Shown here piece after piece: positions 39,572 through 50,065 of a DNA stretch of 64,000 nt. Made by a program: the position numbers and the translations under genes. The DNA is from Veronia pacifica (GTDB lineage Bacteria > Pseudomonadota > Gammaproteobacteria > Enterobacterales > Vibrionaceae), in assembly GCF_001707825.1 (NCBI RefSeq), contig NZ_LYBM01000003.1:146354-210353 (forward strand). The letters are read 5' to 3'. Each line of letters starts with the position of its first letter. Positions within the stretch are counted from its first letter, which is position 1. Under the pieces are notes generated by a model, which was given only the letters and a program-made list of their open reading frames with translations, did not search any database and was not told the DNA's origin.

Positions 39572-41659
39572 TTAAGCTTGGATATCTGATGGGGTGGCCA
39601 GAGAGCTCTGAATCTTCTTGAGTAGCTCCGTCGCACCACCTTGGGAATTCAATAGGCTGGCAAGTGCCACATTACTCAGATCACTACTTTTCATGTCAGT
39701 ATTTTCAAGAATGGCTTTAATGTCTTCTGGCAAGCTGCGATTACCGTCGATGTAATCAGACACCAGTGGGTTGAGCACTTTTGATTGCTCAAATTTAGTA
39801 TCAACGGCTGCCGCATCAAGAATAGTGCGACGGATTTGTTCCATCCCTTCACCGCCGAACAACTTGATGTCCGCTTTACTTAAGGCTTCCGCCAGAGCTT
39901 TGGCGTTTTCACTGACAATCGCTTTCTGTGCGTCAATACGCGCGACTTCCAGCTCTTTGTTTTGCTGCAACTGCATTACCCACTTGTCATGCTCACGGGT
40001 ATGCTCATCGTATTGCTGAGCCGCCTCAAACCTCGCCGTTTGTGCTTCTGCTTCTGCCAGACCTTTCGCACGCAATGCCTGCGCTTCTGCCTCACCCGCA
40101 CTTTGTAAGGTGTAAGCTTCGGCTTCGCCTGTTTCCTTGATAGCTTGCGCACGTTCGCGCTCCACTTCGACTTCTGCCAAGCCCGTCGCGCTTATCACTT
40201 CTCTCTCTGCCTGTGCCATCCGTTCTTTTGCCGCGGCTTCACGCTCTTTCGCGACATAATCAGCCTCAGCTTGCTTAGTTTTTACTACCTGATCCGCTTC
40301 AGCCTGACGGGTTTTCACAGCCAGTTCATTCTCAGCGTCGCGAGTTTTCACCTTGAGGTCCGCTTCATTCTCAATCAAGGTGCGCTCAGCTCGCTCACGG
40401 GCCGCTTCTTTCTCTGCTCGGGCAGCCACCAGTAACTCCAATTGCGCAGATTCAGCCGCCGCCTCCGCTTCAATCAGCTTGACCCGTTTCTCACGATTCA
40501 CTTTTTCGTTTACGCGAAGATTTTCGGTTTCTTCCTCTTCACGGGCAATTTTACGCTCAATTTCGACCCGTTGTGATCGCGTTTCGGCAACTGATTTTAG
40601 TGCCTCTTCCACCGTGGTCTCTTTTTGCATTTCACGCTCGGCAACCTCTGTCGCCGTTCTGACCTTTTCGGTCTCAACAGAGCGGTTGAGATCTTCTTCT
40701 TGTATTGCCACCTGACGCCGATTGGCAATACGGGTCATTTCGACTTCCATCTGCACACTTTCACGTTTTTTGGCGACTTCTTCTTCTGTCTCCAGCTTGG
40801 CAAGCTGAGTGATACGCTCGTATTCTTCCCGTTTTTCTGCTGCCAATGCTTCTTCTTGCGCTTTAATGATGTCAATCTCGCGCTGGGTACGGGCAATGCT
40901 TTCTTTTTCCTGTTTGTCGAGTTGCAGGCGGTTCGCTTCAGCCTCGACGTTTTTCTTTTTCATTGTGGTGCGCTCATCCTGACGGATAGCGTTGGTCTCA
41001 GTATTTTTCTGCGCTGTGATCGCAGAAATCTTTCTAATCCCCTCCACATCGAGGATGTTATCCGGTCTGTGGGCATCAAGTGCTGTCTGGTCAATCTTGT
41101 CGATCACAACATCGTAGATCTTGAAACCATCCATCTCGCTGCCAATCACATTGACCACCGCATCACGGAAAGCGCGGCGGTTAGTCAGCAACTCTTCAAA
41201 CTCAAACTGTTTAACTGCCGTCTTTAATGCTTCAGAAAACTTTGGCTGGAAGTGCTCTTTTAGACGATCCAAGTTAGAGGCTTCGTGAGCAGTGAACAGC
41301 TTGGCGACGCGAACGATATCCTCTTCTTCATGATTCACACCAATATAAAAATCTACTTTCAGATCAGCGCGAATATTATCCCGGCAATGCAAGCCTTCAT
41401 ATTCTTCACCTTCCTGGTCTTTCTGACCGCTACGGATCACGGAAATTTTTTTGCGGGTGATATCCATATATTCATGGCGATTAACAATCGGCCAGATAAA
41501 GGTTCCCGTCAACGATGCTCGGGTACGATGAAGTCCGTTAACGATGAGGGCATCACCCTCTCCACGCACTTTCTTGTAGCGTGAGGTGATAAAAATGAGA
41601 ACCAATAAAACGACACCAATTGCGGTGCCTGTAAAAATTATGCCGGGAGAAATATCCAT
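39572..41659 (-). CDS. flotillin-family SPFH/band-7 protein (YqiK/FloT-like)
   Basis: N-terminal TM helix, an SPFH domain, and a long EA/EAEA-rich coiled-coil tail. RBS aggag sits 6 nt upstream. Confidence 0.85.
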   Translation of the reverse strand: MDISPGIIFTGTAIGVVLLVLIFITSRYKKVRGEGDALIVNGLHRTRASLTGTFIWPIVNRHEYMDITRKKISVIRSGQKDQEGEEYEGLHCRDNIRADLKVDFYIGVNHEEEDIVRVAKLFTAHEASNLDRLKEHFQPKFSEALKTAVKQFEFEELLTNRRAFRDAVVNVIGSEMDGFKIYDVVIDKIDQTALDAHRPDNILDVEGIRKISAITAQKNTETNAIRQDERTTMKKKNVEAEANRLQLDKQEKESIARTQREIDIIKAQEEALAAEKREEYERITQLAKLETEEEVAKKRESVQMEVEMTRIANRRQVAIQEEDLNRSVETEKVRTATEVAEREMQKETTVEEALKSVAETRSQRVEIERKIAREEEETENLRVNEKVNREKRVKLIEAEAAAESAQLELLVAARAEKEAARERAERTLIENEADLKVKTRDAENELAVKTRQAEADQVVKTKQAEADYVAKEREAAAKERMAQAEREVISATGLAEVEVERERAQAIKETGEAEAYTLQSAGEAEAQALRAKGLAEAEAQTARFEAAQQYDEHTREHDKWVMQLQQNKELEVARIDAQKAIVSENAKALAEALSKADIKLFGGEGMEQIRRTILDAAAVDTKFEQSKVLNPLVSDYIDGNRSLPEDIKAILENTDMKSSDLSNVALASLLNSQGGATELLKKIQSSLATPSDIQA

Positions 41660-41676
41660 TTTAACTCCTGAAGTAT

Positions 41677-42306
41677 TTATCTATCTGCTTTTGCAACAAA
41701 ATAACGTGATGACGTTGAATCTTTACTAACGATGATGACATCATCACCATATTGAATATCGATATCAGGCTCAGAGACCGCATCTAGCAGGAACTCACTG
41801 CCTTTATGAAGTACCACTATTTCCCCCATATATTCATTGATAATACTGCTGTGCACCCTCGCCCGCAGACCGACAAAGTCGACGGTGGCAAATGCTTTTT
41901 TCTTGTCAAAGAGGGGAATGAGAGGTTTGAGTACCCATGACGAGACGGCAAGTCCCGCATACGCGATGAGAGGAATAGAGATCAGGTTGGCGAACAAAAT
42001 TGCGATACCTGATAACTGGCTGTGAATCAGTAGTGAAACATAAAATGCCGCAACCGTAGCAATGAAGAATGATACGCACATTGCCACCGTCAGAGGCACT
42101 TTCGATAATACTGGCGGAAGTAGGAGCCCGGAACCGGGAATATTGTCAAGGTCGAAAATGTCGAGATCGGCAGTGAAGCCATCAACGACGTTGAAGACCA
42201 GATCCACCAGCATGATCAAAGAAAAAACAACGAATGGAATAAAAAAAACATTAACTGGAAACGAAAATAGCGTCGAAAAAAAGTCATTTATATTCATAAT
42301 TGGCAT
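41677..42306 (-). CDS. YqiJ/NfeD-like inner-membrane protein (flotillin partner)
   Basis: Multi-TM N-terminus plus an NfeD-like soluble C-terminal tail. It sits 17 nt upstream of the flotillin gene, as in E. coli yqiJK. Confidence 0.65.
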   Translation of the reverse strand: MPIMNINDFFSTLFSFPVNVFFIPFVVFSLIMLVDLVFNVVDGFTADLDIFDLDNIPGSGLLLPPVLSKVPLTVAMCVSFFIATVAAFYVSLLIHSQLSGIAILFANLISIPLIAYAGLAVSSWVLKPLIPLFDKKKAFATVDFVGLRARVHSSIINEYMGEIVVLHKGSEFLLDAVSEPDIDIQYGDDVIIVSKDSTSSRYFVAKADR

Positions 42307-42695
42307 AATCGCTACATCACTCGCTTTGTGTCCAGAGACCTATCTAGTGTTAGTTTCTAGGCAGTATTTCTCAAAATTTGCCCTAGACTACGTTATGATG
42401 AGAAAAAATAAATAATTATCATTTACTTATCCGATTTACTTCAAAAATATTTATCTAACAGTCCTTTTACATCTACAGAACCTTCAGTGGTTTATTTTGC
42501 CTTGATGACCAATTAGTCAGATAGTTTGATACATATACAAATGTATCTAAATATGGGCGAGTAGATAAACAATAGGCTTGAGTCACCATGCATAACTTGA
42601 TGACCCAATCCAAAAAGGCACAATGTGGGGAGTAGTCGCAGCGATGCCAATCTGTCACCTAGCTTATTTGGTGCTGTGAAGGACGTTTGTTGCCC

Positions 42696-45614
42696 CTAAA
42701 ACACGGATACTTCCGTCTCTGGTTGCTTGGCTCTGCTGACTTTATCGATAAGGTAGAGGATCGAGCGATATTCAATGCCGCTATTCTCGGATAAGCCGAT
42801 CTCACAGGTCCGGCTATTGGAATATCCTTCCCGACAATTCTCAGGCACCTGCGCTCTAAGAGGTGAAAGCGCGGCAGTATTGAGTTCAGGATGGGTAAAC
42901 CCTTTATCGCCTGAAAAGCCACAACAGCTTACATCTTCCGGAATAACGACATGCTCGCAGCAAGCCTCTGTTATTTCCTGTATCAATCCCGCCAGACCTC
43001 GCTTACGCGACGTACAAGTAATGTGAAGCATCACAGGTTCAGATTGCCGCGTCACGTCAAGTTGAGAAAGAACGAACTTTGCGACAAATTCGAATGGCTC
43101 GAAAATAGACAGCTCAGAGCGCATGGTATCTTTACTCATGCTGACACACGGGCTGGTGTCCATAAGAACCGGGAGCTGCCCCCGCTCGGATGCTTGCCAG
43201 AGCAGTTCTTCAAGTTCGGCGGCTTTTTGGTCTGCAGTCACTGGGAACCCTTTAGTCTTAAAGGGCATACCACAACATTGTTCCCTCAGATTATCGGGAA
43301 TAATCACCTCATAACCAGCCTTGCGTAAAACAGATAAGGTGACTTCGTAAAGCGGACGATGATCCGCTGCATGTTTTTCCGGCCCCATATTTCTCGCAGC
43401 ACAACTGGGATAATAGACAACTTTATTTTTGGTACTATTCGATGGTTTTTGCGGTTCAGGACCAGAAACTGCTCTCGGCATATGCGGCGTCCACTGCGGT
43501 ATTATTTTCCCTGACGCGCGACGTAAACCAGATGCCATTGTCTTCATCGACGATGTACCGACAATAGAATGAGTACGGTCAGCAATACCAAGCCCCACGG
43601 CCGCAGTACGTGCTAACGTACCAAAATGTTCCCCAGACCAACGGGCAATGGTTTCACCAAACTGAGTATGCTCTTGCCGCAGGCGACGAACCATATCACC
43701 CGTATCAATATCAACAGGACAACGCTCAGCGCATAAACCTGTCGCAGCGCAGGTATCAACACCAAAGTACTGGAATGCTTTTCGCATCTCAGCCAGCCTG
43801 CTTCGATCTTCCTGTGTTCTTTCAAGGCGTCGGATCTCTCGATAAACGGTATTGCGTTGCCTCGGTGTCAGGGAGAGTTTTCGCGAAGGGCACACAGGTT
43901 CACAAAAACCGCATTCAATACAGGCATCAATAATAGGGTCTGCTGCGGGCATTTCTTTGAGGTTCTCGATATGTGCAGAACGACTATCGTTAATGATCAC
44001 CCCGGGATTGAGAATACCTCGCGTATCTACCATCCTTTTGATGGCTTGCATCAACTGATACCCCTCTCTACCCCACTCCATTTCGACAAACGGCGCCATA
44101 TTTCGGCCTGTGCCATGCTCGGCTTTCAAAGAGCCCTTGTAATCAATAGCGACCAATTGCGACACAGCATCCATAAAGTCGCTGTAACGTTTTACTTCAC
44201 GTTGGGTATCAAATGCCTGCGTGAAAACAAAGTGCAGATTGCCTGCCAATGCATGACCGAAAATCAAAGCCTCATGATAATCAAAGTCGACAAACAACTG
44301 CTGTAAGTCTCTGACCGCAGATGCCAGTTGCTCTATAGGAAAGGCGACATCTTCAATGATCACCGTCGTACCTGTTTCACGGACTGCACCTACGGCGGGA
44401 AAGAGACCTTTACGGATCGACCACAGCTGTTCACATGTTGGCTTGTCCACACTGAAACCCACCTCATGGGTGGGCGCAAACTTAGTGATCTTTTCAGTTA
44501 TTTCAATGATCTGGCTATACAGTTGCTGTTCTGACGCGCCGTGAAGTTCAATCAACAGTGCTGCTGCTTCGTTATCGCCCTGCTGGCTCAGTGTCTGGAT
44601 AAAAGGTGGCATACCAGGCTTATCGGCAACGGAAGCTAGAGAGCGGCTATCCATAAGTTCAACAGCGGCCACCGAAGTTTTACTTAGTTCACTGACCGCG
44701 AGACAGGTCGTTTCGATATCTCGGAAGACAAATAAACCAGAGGCTTTATGTGCATGGTCAACCACTGTGTTGTAAGTAATATCCGCGATAAAACCCAGCG
44801 TGCCTTCGGACCCAATCATCAAGTGCTGGAGAATATCAATGGGATCACTGAAGTCGATCAGCGCATTTAAACTGTAACCAGTGGTATTTTTCAGGCGATA
44901 TTTATGCCTGATTTTATCTGACAATGCTTGATTATCTTTGCAGCTCATCGCCAATGAAGACAGAGCATTTAACAACGCTGAGTGAGTGGTTCGAAATTGG
45001 CGGATACTTTCTGGATTGAGCGTATCCAAATATGTGCCATCAGCCAAGATCATCGACATACCCGCCAAGGTGCGATAACTATTCTTCGCTGTTCCGCAGC
45101 ACATGCCAGAGGCGTTATTAGCAGCAATCCCACCAATTTTACAGGTATTAATCGACGCAGGATCTGGCCCTATTTTCCGGCCAAAAGGTGCTAGCCTTCG
45201 ATTAGCTTCGGCACCAATGATGCCGGGCTGCAACCAAATTTTCGCACCCTCGTCCTTTACCTCATATTCTCGCCAACTGTCGGTGAGGATCATCAATACA
45301 GAATCTGAAATCGCCTGTCCTGACAGGCTGGTGCCAGCCGCTCTAAATGTCAGAGGAATCGCCATTTGGTAACAGGTTTTAATCGTCGATATTGCTTCAT
45401 CAAGCGTATCCACCTGAACAATGACCTGCGGCGTCATTCGGTAAAAACTTGCATCTGTGCCATAGGCGAACAACAAGGTGGGATCAGTAATGATCCTCTC
45501 GCTCGGCAATGTCATCGTTAACCTGTTGATCAGGTTTTGATATCGTCGTTCCATTGCGTCATTTCCAGTCATTATTTGACTGATGGCTGGCACCATGTCC
45601 ATTTGCATATCCAT
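42696..45614 (-). CDS. FAD-linked oxidase fused to 4Fe-4S and CCG domains (YdiJ / D-2-hydroxyacid dehydrogenase-like)
   Basis: FAD_binding_4 region, ferredoxin motif CIECGFCEPVCP and two CCG-type cysteine clusters. The start (M1 versus MERRYQ) is uncertain. Confidence 0.75.
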   Translation of the reverse strand: MDMQMDMVPAISQIMTGNDAMERRYQNLINRLTMTLPSERIITDPTLLFAYGTDASFYRMTPQVIVQVDTLDEAISTIKTCYQMAIPLTFRAAGTSLSGQAISDSVLMILTDSWREYEVKDEGAKIWLQPGIIGAEANRRLAPFGRKIGPDPASINTCKIGGIAANNASGMCCGTAKNSYRTLAGMSMILADGTYLDTLNPESIRQFRTTHSALLNALSSLAMSCKDNQALSDKIRHKYRLKNTTGYSLNALIDFSDPIDILQHLMIGSEGTLGFIADITYNTVVDHAHKASGLFVFRDIETTCLAVSELSKTSVAAVELMDSRSLASVADKPGMPPFIQTLSQQGDNEAAALLIELHGASEQQLYSQIIEITEKITKFAPTHEVGFSVDKPTCEQLWSIRKGLFPAVGAVRETGTTVIIEDVAFPIEQLASAVRDLQQLFVDFDYHEALIFGHALAGNLHFVFTQAFDTQREVKRYSDFMDAVSQLVAIDYKGSLKAEHGTGRNMAPFVEMEWGREGYQLMQAIKRMVDTRGILNPGVIINDSRSAHIENLKEMPAADPIIDACIECGFCEPVCPSRKLSLTPRQRNTVYREIRRLERTQEDRSRLAEMRKAFQYFGVDTCAATGLCAERCPVDIDTGDMVRRLRQEHTQFGETIARWSGEHFGTLARTAAVGLGIADRTHSIVGTSSMKTMASGLRRASGKIIPQWTPHMPRAVSGPEPQKPSNSTKNKVVYYPSCAARNMGPEKHAADHRPLYEVTLSVLRKAGYEVIIPDNLREQCCGMPFKTKGFPVTADQKAAELEELLWQASERGQLPVLMDTSPCVSMSKDTMRSELSIFEPFEFVAKFVLSQLDVTRQSEPVMLHITCTSRKRGLAGLIQEITEACCEHVVIPEDVSCCGFSGDKGFTHPELNTAALSPLRAQVPENCREGYSNSRTCEIGLSENSGIEYRSILYLIDKVSRAKQPETEVSVF

Positions 45615-45809
45615 CTTGAAAGCATCAACGAGAGAAATGCACCACCGAGTCTCATTCTTTTATTATGCCAACCACTCTACTGCTGGTCGTTTAGATAATA
45701 CATAGAGAATAATTCAAATATCTGTTGTTCATCATTTATTAATTTAAATAATAAATAACTATGTCCTTTATATTGAAAGGTGAATCTGAGAATCAAAGGG
45801 ACAACATAA

Positions 45810-46310
45810 ATGAAAACCATCCATCTCATCAGACATGCTAAGTCGTGCTGGAAAGATGAGTTACTGTCTGACATTGACAGGCCACTTAACAAAAGGGGCC
45901 ATAAAGCCAGCTCAATAATGGCTGAACATATTCTTCATGCAGGCTGTAAATTTGAGCATGTGTTTTGTAGCCCTGCTGTCAGAGCGCAAACAACACTTAT
46001 CAATATGAGAAAACAGGCTACTGGTGAGCCGTTTACTTGGTCGACAGATACCGATTTATATTGCTTTGACGGCGACGAATTAATGGATTGGTTTAGTCGG
46101 CTGGATGAAAGCTTGAACAATATCGTTGTTGTTGGCCATAACCCGGCATTTAATGAGCTCGTTCAACGATTGACATCAGCAGACATCGAAAATATCCCCA
46201 CCTGCGGTTACGTCCAATTAGTCAGTTCATCTGGATTTCTTTGGCGGGACATCGCAGACACACGTCTTACCATCAAGCATTTTTTACGGCCCAAACACCT
46301 AAAAGATTAA
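45810..46310 (+). CDS. histidine phosphatase family protein (SixA-like)
   Basis: RHA catalytic motif in IHLIRHAKS, plus the second His in VVVGHNP. 166 aa. Confidence 0.7.
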   Translation: MKTIHLIRHAKSCWKDELLSDIDRPLNKRGHKASSIMAEHILHAGCKFEHVFCSPAVRAQTTLINMRKQATGEPFTWSTDTDLYCFDGDELMDWFSRLDESLNNIVVVGHNPAFNELVQRLTSADIENIPTCGYVQLVSSSGFLWRDIADTRLTIKHFLRPKHLKD

Positions 46311-46619
46311 ATGTAAAATACGAAGTTTGATACTAAGTAGACTGAGGAGGGGATATGCCGTGAGGCGAGGAGTACCCTTTCTGCATTACGTAGAAATTGC
46401 ATCAATATTCTTATTGATTCAATGTAGCCAATCATTTAATTTAAATATTAATTAACGACATAGAGCATATTATGACTGTTTTCACTCTACCTCTCTGGCT
46501 ACTGCTTCTTATGCCCATCAGTCGGTAGAGTGAATTGTACCCGGCTGTGAGTTAAGCAGCCGGAACGCCTTTACTCGCAGCCTTGAAAATAAAACGAAAG
46601 ATTATTCAAGGAAGTGAAA

Positions 46620-47531
46620 ATGAACAACGCGTCAGTTATTCCTGAAGATTCACTAAATTATCGAAAAGGCATCATCTACGCCTTAATCGGCACTCTGCTT
46701 TTTTCCATGAAACCCATTCTGGTGAAGCTTGCCTATTCTGCTGGCGGCGACGTTACCTCTATTATGAGTTTACGCGCTGTGTCTTCTCTTCCGCTTTACG
46801 CAGCTATTTTGTTCTGGCTATGTCGAAAGCCTGAGCAACGACAAAAAATGTCTAAGTACGGCTGGCAGGCGGCTTTAGTCGGCGTTTTAGGCTACTACTT
46901 TGCTACATTACTCGATATTTTGGCGTTGGAATTTATCTCTGCACAGCTAGAAAGACTGCTGATATTTCTGTTTCCCTCTTTTGTCGTATTGCTCAGTTGG
47001 GCATTTTTGAGAGAGCCACCAGCGAAAGGGACGTTTATATCTGTTCTTCTAGGTTATGCTGGTGTCACGCTGATCGTCTTGCATGATTTCAGTTCTTTTG
47101 GCTCTCAAGTTTGGCTTGGTAGTGTCATGGCCATCGGTTCGGCATTAATCTTTGCCATTTATCTGATTCTGAGTAAAAAAGTCGTTGGAAATATCGGGGC
47201 ACAACTTTTCACCAGCATAGGTATGGGCACGGCTGGAATAGTTATCCTGACACAGTACCAGTTTGGCAATGTGCAATTTTCCGATATGTCGACTGAGTTG
47301 ATAGGTATGGGGGTCGGGCTTGGGTTCTTCTGTACGGTATTACCCTCATATTTCGTCGCTGCCGCAATGGCACGACTGACACCTTCAGTACTCAGCCTCA
47401 CCAGCAATATCGGGCCCGCAGTGACAGCTCTGTTTGCTGTTCTTCTTCTTGATGAGGCCTTTACCTTTTGGCATGTACTCGGGATGATTCTGGTTGTTTT
47501 TGCCGTAGTGAGAATAAATAAAAAGGGATAA
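46620..47531 (+). CDS. DMT (EamA) family transporter
   Basis: Ten TM helices in two EamA repeats. RBS aggaa sits 6 nt before ATG 46620. Confidence 0.75.
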   Translation: MNNASVIPEDSLNYRKGIIYALIGTLLFSMKPILVKLAYSAGGDVTSIMSLRAVSSLPLYAAILFWLCRKPEQRQKMSKYGWQAALVGVLGYYFATLLDILALEFISAQLERLLIFLFPSFVVLLSWAFLREPPAKGTFISVLLGYAGVTLIVLHDFSSFGSQVWLGSVMAIGSALIFAIYLILSKKVVGNIGAQLFTSIGMGTAGIVILTQYQFGNVQFSDMSTELIGMGVGLGFFCTVLPSYFVAAAMARLTPSVLSLTSNIGPAVTALFAVLLLDEAFTFWHVLGMILVVFAVVRINKKG

Positions 47532-47535
47532 GTGA

Positions 47536-47569
47536 AAGCTGGCAGGTTGCCAGCTTTTTTTATTTTTCC
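47536..47569 (+). terminator. rho-independent terminator
   Basis: Stem aagctggc-aggtt-gccagctt followed by a 13-nt T-run. Confidence 0.85.
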
Positions 47570-47617
47570 TTGGCAGACGGTGGAATAATATTAGCGACTC
47601 TGAATTAATTGCTCAAC

Positions 47618-48613
47618 TCAGTGGCTCCTCACTTCTGCTTGAACTGCCTTAATTAAATCATTTGGCTGATCCAAACCAAGATATACAGTGTCAAAACCAT
47701 TTACTGGCCTTTTCAGAGCAATTCGGACATTGGGATGACCAAAGTAATTATATTGTTTTGCGTGCTCGTTTTTGGGTACTTCTGAGGCGTGCGCAGAAAT
47801 TGAAGCAATATCTTTCAATGCGATTTTAAGAGGGTTAAACACACCGAAGCGGATCATAAGGGCATCGTCTGTGATAGAGATTGGCCGACGAGACATCGCG
47901 CGGTAGTCTGCAACAAAAAATATAATGCCAATGACAGTCAGCAAACTGATAATATTCGCCGCGATAGGTGACCACACGTAGTGCAAGAAAATATGCATGA
48001 TTGGCGCTTCAGCAATCATGATGACCAAAAAGCCCAATGCATTACTTTTTGCCTGATCCTTGTTGTGATAGCTGAAGTGTTCTTTCCCCGAAAACTGGCT
48101 TGGGGAAATTCTGTGTGCCATCAAGAAAAATGTCCAAACTCGTGTTTCCAGACCAAAAAATTTAGCAACCGAATTGCTTCCTAAAACACGACGGACACTG
48201 CCATCAATCGTCTTATCAATATCTCCGTGAGTATCGAGCGTTGCTTTAATGACTAATATCACTCCAAGAACCACTGAACACTCGACAATGAGAATAATTG
48301 GCACAGATACATAGCGCACCATTTCAAGATAGGGCCAAACAATTTTGCTGGAGGCGGGAATGATGTAGCTACCAATCCAAATTGCTAACAGACAAAGAAA
48401 TAGACTCTGAACCAGTGCTTTTTTCTTTTCCCGAATACACAGCAGACAGATAATAGGTAAGGCTACGAAACTGTCGATAAGAAAGAGCCATTCAAAATTG
48501 GCATTACCAAAATTGTTTAATTCACTGTGGCTTTGATAGTAATTAGCCCAGAATATTGAAATAGCTATAAGAAATAATATGGGTAAAGCAGATCTTACTT
48601 TCAACTCCATCAA
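47618..48613 (-). CDS. hypothetical polytopic membrane protein
   Basis: 331-aa ORF with multiple hydrophobic helices and no recognised motif. Confidence 0.5.
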   Translation of the reverse strand: MMELKVRSALPILFLIAISIFWANYYQSHSELNNFGNANFEWLFLIDSFVALPIICLLCIREKKKALVQSLFLCLLAIWIGSYIIPASSKIVWPYLEMVRYVSVPIILIVECSVVLGVILVIKATLDTHGDIDKTIDGSVRRVLGSNSVAKFFGLETRVWTFFLMAHRISPSQFSGKEHFSYHNKDQAKSNALGFLVIMIAEAPIMHIFLHYVWSPIAANIISLLTVIGIIFFVADYRAMSRRPISITDDALMIRFGVFNPLKIALKDIASISAHASEVPKNEHAKQYNYFGHPNVRIALKRPVNGFDTVYLGLDQPNDLIKAVQAEVRSH

Positions 48614-48856
48614 TTGCTCATCCTTATATCAATTATGACAAAGAGAGTATACCGTTCCTTTTTTATCGCTGGTGTTGACTAGAATATTAATGCGAGTCGA
48701 CTCCATTGCTTTCACTGAAATAAATAGAAAAGTACAGTTTTGGCTAAAAAATAACCCCAAAGCCTCAAAATAGGCGTTGGGGTTATCGGTTTAGAACCTG
48801 ACACTAGCTCGTACTTGTAATAAAAGCAGGTAATTGTTTCGTCAGATATCTATCGT

Positions 48857-50050
48857 TTAATCAAGAATCATCTTAAACTGTTCACGGGTTTTATGTCCCT
48901 TCTCAACCCGAGCAATATTCTTGTCCATCTCAGACGTCATTTGCTTGAGTTCAGAACAACCTGTTTTCATTGTTTCAAGGGCTTCGCTACGATACTTACT
49001 GACATTTTCCAGCGCGTTAAGACTTTTTGTAAACGCGACCTTCATGACTTCCACTTGAATAAATGGATCAGATGCTAGAGCAAGTACCTGGACACCCTGT
49101 GTTTCTAATTTATCTGCAACATCAACAATCATTTTTTCTGTCAGCTCTTTCGACGATTGCAGAGCTGTTAAGATTTTCTTTTGGCGCGCCAACGCGATAG
49201 CGAGTGTTGCAGCGATACCAAGTGCTACCATAGTATGCTTAATAGCTCGATCAACCCCACGCATCAGCTCTTCGTTGGTTTTAATTAATACCTCAGAAAC
49301 GACCCAGGCTTGCTGATAAACACCCTTAGATGTGATCAGATCACTCAGTCTTTGGCGAACCGGAAAATGAACCTCGTCTTTCAGAAAGCGCTGTTGTTCT
49401 GGATCCTGAACTTGTTCTATCCGCTCTTCGATGTTTTTATCGATATATTCGGCAAATGAGATGTAGTCATCTAGCTTAAATAACAAATGACGATAGCGAA
49501 TCTGGTCTTCTTTCAAAGTTACATTATCGCGTTCCAGCTTTGCTTTACCTTGCTCCAAGCCTGTCACGATGCTCTTTAGCACCGAGTCAGTTGACTGATA
49601 TTTCGCAATCCAGTTTTGAAGCGGCGTCGGAAGCCCCAGTACAGCCATAAAACGGCGAACGCCAGAAACACTAGAAAAGTCAAAGCCATTTGGGTCAATA
49701 CTTCGTGCAGTATCTTCCATCTTCAACAAATCTTGGGCAACGTCACCACCATTCTCGGTGTCTGCCATCAACTCGCTGATCGGACCTTGCAATAATTTAG
49801 ACTGTTGAGCCAGGCTCAATTCAATGTCATTACCAAGAGATTTGACGCTATTAGTAACTTCTAACTGGCTTTCCAATTCACGGGTACCAATAGAAAATAC
49901 ATTATCAATCCACTGATCAGCATTCGCTTTGATATCTTCGTTGATATTTTCCAAAGTTGGCGCGTCTGGAAGTTGCTTCTTCACTTGACTCGACGAGGGA
50001 AGAACCATGGCGTCTTCTTTCACAACATTTTCTAGCGTCGATGTTTGCAT
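48857..50050 (-). CDS. TelA/KlaB family toxic-anion-resistance protein (second paralog)
   Basis: 397 aa with TelA family length and helical character. It sits immediately downstream of an XpaC-like gene, the yaaN/xpaC pairing known from Bacillus. Confidence 0.65.
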   Translation of the reverse strand: MQTSTLENVVKEDAMVLPSSSQVKKQLPDAPTLENINEDIKANADQWIDNVFSIGTRELESQLEVTNSVKSLGNDIELSLAQQSKLLQGPISELMADTENGGDVAQDLLKMEDTARSIDPNGFDFSSVSGVRRFMAVLGLPTPLQNWIAKYQSTDSVLKSIVTGLEQGKAKLERDNVTLKEDQIRYRHLLFKLDDYISFAEYIDKNIEERIEQVQDPEQQRFLKDEVHFPVRQRLSDLITSKGVYQQAWVVSEVLIKTNEELMRGVDRAIKHTMVALGIAATLAIALARQKKILTALQSSKELTEKMIVDVADKLETQGVQVLALASDPFIQVEVMKVAFTKSLNALENVSKYRSEALETMKTGCSELKQMTSEMDKNIARVEKGHKTREQFKMILD

Positions 50051-50065
50051 ATCTTAAAATCCCAT

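Noticed and set aside
40145-41584. Several 90-200-aa plus-strand ORFs inside the flotillin gene
   Set aside because: They lie antisense to, or in an alternate frame of, the EA-repeat region. The repetitive GC-rich codons keep shadow frames open. They have serine/arginine-rich low-complexity products.
42307-42695. Small ORFs (42473..42658 and 42659..42922, minus strand) upstream of the yqiJ-like gene
   Set aside because: One overlaps the 3' end of the YdiJ-like gene out of frame. The other lies in AT-rich promoter DNA with no RBS.
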